A stretch of 56,973 bases of DNA, from positions 1-56,973 of the IMG/VR virus record IMGVR_UViG_3300010354_002996. One strand, 5' to 3'. The notes under the pieces are model-generated. The model saw only the letters and a program-made list of their open reading frames with translations. It did no database searches and was not told the origin of the DNA. This document shows, one piece after another, positions 47,706-56,973 of the stretch. Made by a program: the position numbers and the translations under genes. Every line of letters begins with the position of its first letter. Positions within the stretch are counted from its first letter, which is position 1. This stretch comes from a virus (lineage: Duplodnaviria; Caudoviricetes).

Positions 47706-48536
47706 ATGACCACGAACAAATACTTCACGCCATTTACTTACGGTCGGCAACAAGACGTTGCGGAAGATTTAATCATCGAGTCTATCAAGATTCATGGTTT
47801 GGACGTGAAGTATATGCCACGGACTCTAGTCAAAGAAGATTTCCTACTTGGCGAAGATACGCTTTCCAAGTTTGAAAGTGCCGTAGATATCGAAGTTTAT
47901 ATTAAGAATGTACAGAACTTCGAAGGTCAGGGCGACTTTTTATCCAAGTTTAATCTTGAGATTCGTGACCAGATTACTTTCACAATGGCTCGTAAACGCT
48001 GGGGGCAGATTACTAACGAAAAGATTCTGACTGAAGTAGGTTACAACTATCAGGTAGAAACAGCCAACACAAACGCATGGGGAGCAACAGATTCTATTCA
48101 GTTGGAAGCGGGATCTGCTAATGGTTATTCTATAACCTCATCACGCCCACAGGAAGGCGATCTAATCTTTTTCCCGCTCAATAATAAGTTGTATGAGATC
48201 AAGTTTGTCGAGCACGAAAACATTTTCTATCAGCACGGCAAACTATACACATACGATCTTACATGCGAATTATTCCAGTACAGCAGCCAGCAATTCAATA
48301 CTGGCAACACGGCAATCGACACTATCGAAAATACATACTCGCTCGATATACTGAACTATCAATTCTTGCTTGAAAACAGCGATACGTTGGTTTCGGAAGA
48401 TAGTGGATATCTAACTCAAGAGTTCCGTATTGAAACTACTGATGCTGCTGCTAATAACGAATACATCACAACTCAGTCGATTGACTTCATCGACTTCAGT
48501 GAACGTAATCCATTTTCAGAGGTTGATCGCTACTAA
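47706..48536 (+). CDS. gp14: Neck protein
   Basis: IIESIKIHG, YMPR, LSKF, RPQEGDLIFFP, EIKFVEHE, CELFQYS, NPF. Confidence 0.95.
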   Translation: MTTNKYFTPFTYGRQQDVAEDLIIESIKIHGLDVKYMPRTLVKEDFLLGEDTLSKFESAVDIEVYIKNVQNFEGQGDFLSKFNLEIRDQITFTMARKRWGQITNEKILTEVGYNYQVETANTNAWGATDSIQLEAGSANGYSITSSRPQEGDLIFFPLNNKLYEIKFVEHENIFYQHGKLYTYDLTCELFQYSSQQFNTGNTAIDTIENTYSLDILNYQFLLENSDTLVSEDSGYLTQEFRIETTDAAANNEYITTQSIDFIDFSERNPFSEVDRY

Positions 48537-49417
48537 TGGCTATATTCGGTTCACAATTTTATCACCAAACGATCCGCCGTTATGTTATTGCCTTCGGTAA
48601 TATGTTCAACGATATGGTCGTGCAGCGTATCAATACCGCAGGTCAGGTTGTTCAGACGCTATCGGTTCCTATCGCATACGGTCCAAAAGAAAAGTTTCTT
48701 GTTCGTATATCACAAGATCCAGATCTAGATAGAGCGGTTGCTATTTCATTACCTCGTATGGGATTTGAAATGACTAGCGTATCATACGATCCTACTCGTC
48801 GATTGCCAGCAACTATAAAAAATGTTCATGTTGTTGACGATAAGAATAAACTGAACTATCAATATACGCCTGTTCCATATAACTTAAACTTCACTCTTTC
48901 AATCTTTGTTCAGAACGGCGACGATGGCGCACAGATTCTTGAGCAGATTCTGCCTTACTTTGGTCCAGAGTGGGTAAACAATGTAAAACTGATACCAAGC
49001 ATGGATATCGTTATGGATATTCCTTGCGTGCTAAACAGCGTTTCTACAGAAGATACTTATGAAGGCGACTTCGAAACTCGTCGCGCCTTGATTTACACGT
49101 TAGACTTTACTATGCGCGGTTATATTTACGGTCCTGTTCGTCGTCAGGGCGTTATCAAGCGCACTCAAATCGACTTTGGTATTGTTACTGCAAATTCTGG
49201 TAATCGTATTACGTTGGCAGATACTGCTATTGTTCCTCGCAGTTCGCGAATCGTTATTACTCCAGGATTGCTTGCTAATGGTTCGCCCACAAGCAATAGT
49301 GCTGCTTCTATTCCTTATTTGAATATTGACGCCGATGATGATTATGGTTTTGCAACTAATACTTTCTTCTATACAGATGGAAAAAAGTATAACCCAAGGA
49401 CGGGTAATGATGAATGA
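48536..49417 (+). CDS. gp15: Tail sheath stabiliser/terminator
   Basis: FGNMFN, VPIAYGPKEKF, LPRMGFE, PVPYN, EQILPYF, YEGDF. Confidence 0.95.
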   Translation: MAIFGSQFYHQTIRRYVIAFGNMFNDMVVQRINTAGQVVQTLSVPIAYGPKEKFLVRISQDPDLDRAVAISLPRMGFEMTSVSYDPTRRLPATIKNVHVVDDKNKLNYQYTPVPYNLNFTLSIFVQNGDDGAQILEQILPYFGPEWVNNVKLIPSMDIVMDIPCVLNSVSTEDTYEGDFETRRALIYTLDFTMRGYIYGPVRRQGVIKRTQIDFGIVTANSGNRITLADTAIVPRSSRIVITPGLLANGSPTSNSAASIPYLNIDADDDYGFATNTFFYTDGKKYNPRTGNDE

Positions 49418-49817
49418 AAATAAAACTAACTTCGAACAAAGTGTTGAAGAAGCACTAGGTCTTCCTATTTCTCCGCCTATGGTAGAAGTATTACCTGCTG
49501 TCGAAGTAAATGAAGATATTGATTCTGATTTCAATGTAGCTCGTAAAAATCTTCATAATATCATCAATAAAGGAACCGATGCCCTCGAAGAAGCGTTGCT
49601 GGTTGCTAAAACGTCTGAGCATCCTCGCGCATTTGAAGTTGTAGGTCAGCTAATCAAAACTATGGTTGACGCTAATAAGGATTTGCTTGATATTCAGAAA
49701 AAACTAAAAGATCTTAAGAAAACTGACGATCCAAAAGAACAACCACAAAACGTCACTAATGCGCTTTTCGTAGGTAATGCTGCTGAATTACAAGCATTGA
49801 TTAATGGTAGAAAATGA
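49407..49817 (+). CDS. gp16: Terminase small subunit
   Basis: DFNVARKNL, SEHPRAFEV, NALFVG. Confidence 0.93.
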   Translation: MMNENKTNFEQSVEEALGLPISPPMVEVLPAVEVNEDIDSDFNVARKNLHNIINKGTDALEEALLVAKTSEHPRAFEVVGQLIKTMVDANKDLLDIQKKLKDLKKTDDPKEQPQNVTNALFVGNAAELQALINGRK

Positions 49818-51430
49818 CTGTAAAGACCTATCTTGGTAATCCTAATCTCAAGGCGGCGGGAGTCGTCCATTCATACACAAAAGAAGAGATTGAAGAATAC
49901 GTCAAATGTGCTAAGGACGTAGAGTATTTCGCACGTAAGTATATCAAAATCGTAAACGTCGATCGCGGCTTGATTCCATTTGAAATGTGGGATTTTCAGG
50001 CTAATATGCTGCATACGTTTGCAAATAATCGTTTTTCTATTTGCAAACTCCCTCGTCAGGTTGGTAAGTCTACAACATCGGTCGCTTATATTCTTTGGCT
50101 CATTTTATTCACAGATCAGCAGAACGTAGCTATCCTCGCGAACAAGGGCGCGCTCGCGCGAGACCTACTAGCCAAACTACAACTTGCCTACGAATATCTA
50201 CCTAAGTTTCTTCAGCAAGGCGTTGTTACTTGGAACAAAGGTAATATTGAACTTGAAAACGGTTCAAAGGTAGTTGCGGCTGCAACATCATCCAGCGCCA
50301 TCCGTGGTGGATCGTATAATCTGATTTTCCTTGACGAATTTGCGTTCGTTCAGCGTAATCTAGCCGATCAGTTCTTTGCTTCTACCTATCCTACAATTTC
50401 TTCTGGTACAACAACCAAGATTATTATAGTATCAACTCCAAACGGAATGAACCATTTCTTCAAGATGTGGGTGGATGCTACCGAAGGTCGTAGCGAATAT
50501 AAACCTATCGAGATTCATTGGTCGGACGTTCCTGGGCGCGACGAGGAATGGAAAAGGCAAACTATCGCTAACACCAGCGAAGAACAATTCCGCCAAGAGT
50601 TTGAATGTGAGTTTATCGGTTCGTCACACACATTAATTCACCCATTAAAATTGCGCGAAATGGTTTGGCAGCAACCAACCAAAGATAGGTTTGGTTTGGA
50701 TATACAGGAAATGCCAGATCCTAGAAAATTATACATATGTGTGTTCGACGTTTCAGAAGGCGTGGGCGGCGACTACTCTGCTTTGTCTATATTTGATGTA
50801 ACACAATATCCATATAAACAAGTTGCTAAATATAGGAGCCGAGACGTTTCGCCACTGATGTTCCCTGATGTAATTTATCGTTTCGCTCGAATGTATAATA
50901 ATGCTTGGGTGCTTGGCGAAACGAATAATATAGGTCAACAAGTTGTTCAGTCGCTATATATTGACCTAGAATATGAAAACGTGATTGCTACCTTCACTAA
51001 AAATAAAAACATTAAGGTCGGCGGCGGATTTAGTTCAAGGTCTGCTTTTGGCGTAAGAACTACAAAAGCTGTTAAAAAAATCGGTTGTTCAAATCTAAAA
51101 ACGATTATTGAGAGCAACAAATTAATCATCAGTGATTTTGATACTATTGAAGAATTGACCACTTTCGTTGAAACGAAAGACACATATAAGGCTGAAGAAG
51201 GTTGTCATGACGATTTGGCTATGACTTTGGTTTTATTTGGATGGCTAGTTACACAACCATATTTCAAAGACCTAACCAATAACGATGTTCGGCGAGCATT
51301 ATCTGATGAAACTCTACAAGGAGTTCATGACGATTTATTGCCCGCTGGATTTATTGACGATGGAATAGACGTTCAGTCAGTAGAACACGATCGGCGGCGG
51401 CGATTAGACTGGGATTTGTCGGATATTTAG
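49814..51430 (+). CDS. gp17: Terminase large subunit
   Basis: YLGNPNLK, PRQVGKST, LENGS, FLDEFAF, STPNG, QEFEC, HDDLAM; no intein or intron seen. Confidence 0.98.
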   Translation: MTVKTYLGNPNLKAAGVVHSYTKEEIEEYVKCAKDVEYFARKYIKIVNVDRGLIPFEMWDFQANMLHTFANNRFSICKLPRQVGKSTTSVAYILWLILFTDQQNVAILANKGALARDLLAKLQLAYEYLPKFLQQGVVTWNKGNIELENGSKVVAAATSSSAIRGGSYNLIFLDEFAFVQRNLADQFFASTYPTISSGTTTKIIIVSTPNGMNHFFKMWVDATEGRSEYKPIEIHWSDVPGRDEEWKRQTIANTSEEQFRQEFECEFIGSSHTLIHPLKLREMVWQQPTKDRFGLDIQEMPDPRKLYICVFDVSEGVGGDYSALSIFDVTQYPYKQVAKYRSRDVSPLMFPDVIYRFARMYNNAWVLGETNNIGQQVVQSLYIDLEYENVIATFTKNKNIKVGGGFSSRSAFGVRTTKAVKKIGCSNLKTIIESNKLIISDFDTIEELTTFVETKDTYKAEEGCHDDLAMTLVLFGWLVTQPYFKDLTNNDVRRALSDETLQGVHDDLLPAGFIDDGIDVQSVEHDRRRRLDWDLSDI

Positions 51431-51445
51431 ATAAAACGCCGATTT

Positions 51446-51453
51446 TATAAATA
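51446..51453 (+). promoter_or_regulatory. T4-type late promoter TATAAATA
   Basis: Exact match upstream of gp18. Confidence 0.8.
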
Positions 51454-51509
51454 AATGAGAATCCAAAAGAATTCGTCGAAGAATAACTTCGTCTATAAAG
51501 GAGAAAACT

Positions 51510-53459
51510 ATGCCATTTCAAATCTCTCCAGGCGTCAACGTATCGGAGATTGATCTCACAACGATCATCCCCGCCGTAAGCACGACTACTGGCGCTTTAG
51601 CTGGACATTACTCATGGGGTCCAGCAGGGATTCGCGTTCTTGTGGATTCCGAAGATACGCTTGTAAACACATTTGGTAAGCCAAATTCAAATACTGCGTC
51701 AGACTTTTTTACTGCTGCAAATTTCCTTTCATACGGCAATGCACTGTATGTAACTCGTGTTATTCGCAGTTCAAACGTTGCTACGCTAGATACCGATACG
51801 GTAATTGCTCGTAATGCTATTTCAGCTGGTTCTAATAACCAAAACACAATCATTAAAAACGAAGACGATTACAACGCAAACTATTCAAGTGGTATTGCTG
51901 GTGTCGGTAGTTGGGTTGCTAAGTATCCTGGTGCTCTTGGTAATTCTATTAAGGTTTCTGTTTGCTTGACTGCAAATGCCTACGAGTCAACACTATCTGG
52001 AACGATCGTTTCTACGAATAATTCAGTTACAGTTACTGGTACAAATAGTCTTTTCCAATCACAAGTTGCGGTTGGTGATATTCTGGTATTAGGTCCAGAT
52101 AAAGTAGAACGCAAGGTTAGTGCTATCGCTTCTAACACTTCATTGACTTTGTCTGCTGTATATGTTGGTAATACAGTTACATCAGCAAATAATACTGTGA
52201 CACGTAAATGGGAATTTAACAATTACTTCTCTTCTGCTCCAGGCACTTCAGTTATGGCGGCAGGTGCTGGCGGCAGCGGCGACGAAATGCACATTGTTGT
52301 TGTTGACGAAGATGGCGAAATCACAGGCATTACCAATACTGTTATCGAAGTTCATTCAAATCTATCAAAGGGTAATGGCGCTAAAGATGAAGTAGGTAAT
52401 AACATCTACTACAAAGATTATATCAATCAGAACTCTCGTTGGGTTTGGTGGACTGGCGCTTTAGCAGGAACAACCGTTAGAACAATCGCATATGCTGGTA
52501 ATCATGCTTCTGGTGCACAATCTCGACCACTAAACAATTCGCTTTCAAAAGGTCGCGATGGTCACTCACCAAGAGAAGCTGATTATGTTAATGGGTATAA
52601 TCAATACAAGAACTCGGAAGATGTTGACGTTTCACTGATTCTTGGTGGTGCATCTACTTCAACTCGCGCTATTCATGTGATTAACAATATTGCAGAATAC
52701 CGTAAGGATTGTGTCGCAGTATTCTCACCAGAACGTTCAGACGTTGTAAACAACTCAGGGTATCCTGGTTCTGAAACAGATGATATTGTTGCTTTCCGCA
52801 ACACGCTTCCATCATCTTCGTATGCTGTTATGGATTCTGGCTGGAAATATCAGTATGACAAATACAACGATGTTTACCGCTATGTTCCATTGAACGGTGA
52901 TACTGCTGGCACGATGGTTCGCACCGATAACGAGCGCGATCCTTGGTGGTCACCTGCTGGTTACAATCGTGGTGGTATCAAGAATACAATTCGTCTTGCT
53001 TTCAATCCAAACAAGACTTATCGTGATCAGCTCTACAAGAACGGTATTAACCCAGTCGTCACATTCCCTGGTCAGGGCACTATCCTGTTCGGTGATAAGA
53101 CTCTACTTGCCAAGCCATCAGCGTTTGATCGTATCAACGTTCGTCGCTTGTTCATCGTTCTTGAAAAAGCAATCGCTACTGCCGCCAAGTTCACACTGTT
53201 CGAGTTCAACGATGCGTTTACTCGGGCACAGTTCAAGGCACTAGTTGAGCCATTCCTGCGTGACGTTCAGGGTCGCCGTGGTATCACAGACTTCCGTGTT
53301 GTTTGCGACGAAACAAATAACACACCAGAAGTCATCGATCGTAACGAGTTCATCGGTGATATCTACATCAAACCCGCAAGGTCAATCAACTTTATCCAGC
53401 TGAACTTTGTTGCGGTTCGCACTGGTGTTGATTTCACTGAAATCGTAGGCAAGTTCTAA
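51510..53459 (+). CDS. gp18: Tail sheath protein
   Basis: SPGVNVSEIDLT, WGP, PWWSPAGYNRG, FDRINVRRLF, KPARSINFIQLNF. Confidence 0.98.
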   Translation: MPFQISPGVNVSEIDLTTIIPAVSTTTGALAGHYSWGPAGIRVLVDSEDTLVNTFGKPNSNTASDFFTAANFLSYGNALYVTRVIRSSNVATLDTDTVIARNAISAGSNNQNTIIKNEDDYNANYSSGIAGVGSWVAKYPGALGNSIKVSVCLTANAYESTLSGTIVSTNNSVTVTGTNSLFQSQVAVGDILVLGPDKVERKVSAIASNTSLTLSAVYVGNTVTSANNTVTRKWEFNNYFSSAPGTSVMAAGAGGSGDEMHIVVVDEDGEITGITNTVIEVHSNLSKGNGAKDEVGNNIYYKDYINQNSRWVWWTGALAGTTVRTIAYAGNHASGAQSRPLNNSLSKGRDGHSPREADYVNGYNQYKNSEDVDVSLILGGASTSTRAIHVINNIAEYRKDCVAVFSPERSDVVNNSGYPGSETDDIVAFRNTLPSSSYAVMDSGWKYQYDKYNDVYRYVPLNGDTAGTMVRTDNERDPWWSPAGYNRGGIKNTIRLAFNPNKTYRDQLYKNGINPVVTFPGQGTILFGDKTLLAKPSAFDRINVRRLFIVLEKAIATAAKFTLFEFNDAFTRAQFKALVEPFLRDVQGRRGITDFRVVCDETNNTPEVIDRNEFIGDIYIKPARSINFIQLNFVAVRTGVDFTEIVGKF

Positions 53460-53503
53460 TAAGGCGAATAAATACTTAAAAGGAAACAGGGAGAAAAAAG
53501 AAA

Positions 53504-54112
53504 ATGCCCTTTAATGTGTCAACTTTCGCCGCTCAGGGACTTCCATTCGGTGGCGCTCGTGCTTCACTCTTCGAAGTGTTCTTGACGCTTCCAGCTGGTT
53601 TGGCAGAACCAACTGCAGAAGGTCAGTTCCGCTTCGTATGTCGTGCGGCACAGATTCCAACATCAACAGTAGGGCAGATTGAAGTGCCCTACTTCGGTCG
53701 CCGTGTAAAGATGGCTGGTAACAGAACTTTCGAAAACTGGACTGTTACCGTTATGAACGATGAAGATTTTCTAGTTCGTCACGCATTTGAAAAGTGGAGT
53801 TCATATATTAACTCACATAATAATAACCTTCGTGACGCAGCAGTTATCGCAGAGTCTGGTCTAACTTCATATCGTACTCAGGCAACAGTTCGTCATTTTG
53901 CTAAAACTGGTGCATTTGCTTCAGGAACAGCAGTTGGTGATGCCGCTATTCCAACACGCGAATATACTTTCATCAACATTTTCCCAATCAATGTGTCAAG
54001 CATTGATCTAAACTGGGAAACAACGGACGCAATCGAAGAGTTTACTGTTGAATTCGCTTATGATTACTGGACTGTTGATAAGGACGTCAACAATAAGGTA
54101 ATCGACTCTTAA
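53504..54112 (+). CDS. gp19: Tail tube protein
   Basis: GGARASLFEV, VPYFGR, GNRTFENWTVTVMNDEDF, IEEFTVEFAYDYW. Confidence 0.97.
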   Translation: MPFNVSTFAAQGLPFGGARASLFEVFLTLPAGLAEPTAEGQFRFVCRAAQIPTSTVGQIEVPYFGRRVKMAGNRTFENWTVTVMNDEDFLVRHAFEKWSSYINSHNNNLRDAAVIAESGLTSYRTQATVRHFAKTGAFASGTAVGDAAIPTREYTFINIFPINVSSIDLNWETTDAIEEFTVEFAYDYWTVDKDVNNKVIDS

Positions 54113-54158
54113 TTGATTGCTTATCTTCGATATTATTAATTTACTTGAAGGAATATAG

Positions 54159-56973
<2,815 letters not shown>

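Overview
A 57 kb segment of a large T4-like (Tevenvirinae/Kyanoviridae-style) myophage genome, standard genetic code, host very probably an alphaproteobacterium. Left to right: (1) an accessory signalling/surface module (FecR-like protein, secreted curlin-repeat protein, CHASE2 adenylate cyclase, two paralogous small membrane proteins); (2) phoH, an exonuclease, a circularly permuted two-piece tmRNA with tag (A)ANDNVAPRYALAA, a DPPY methyltransferase-like gene, kdsA, clpP, a cupin-DUF1289 fusion, gp33, gp59, gp32; (3) a minus-strand hub/tail block with a triple peptidoglycan hydrolase, gp51/gp26, gp54, gp2, gp4; (4) baseplate and fibre genes with a split gp5; (5) an accessory island (PP-loop protein, two 2OG-Fe(II) oxygenases, TctC-like binding protein); (6) gp13-gp20 and a collagen-like protein. 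Best leads: the phage encodes a tmRNA and a ClpP, and two adjacent virion genes carry the tag's own AANDN motif at their N-termini; the curlin/cyclase module; a candidate anti-Shine-Dalgarno sRNA after gp32; a perfect antisense sigma70 promoter beside gp25; a -1 slippery site joining gp26 and gp51. All calls come from motif and synteny recognition by eye; no database searches or folding programs were run.
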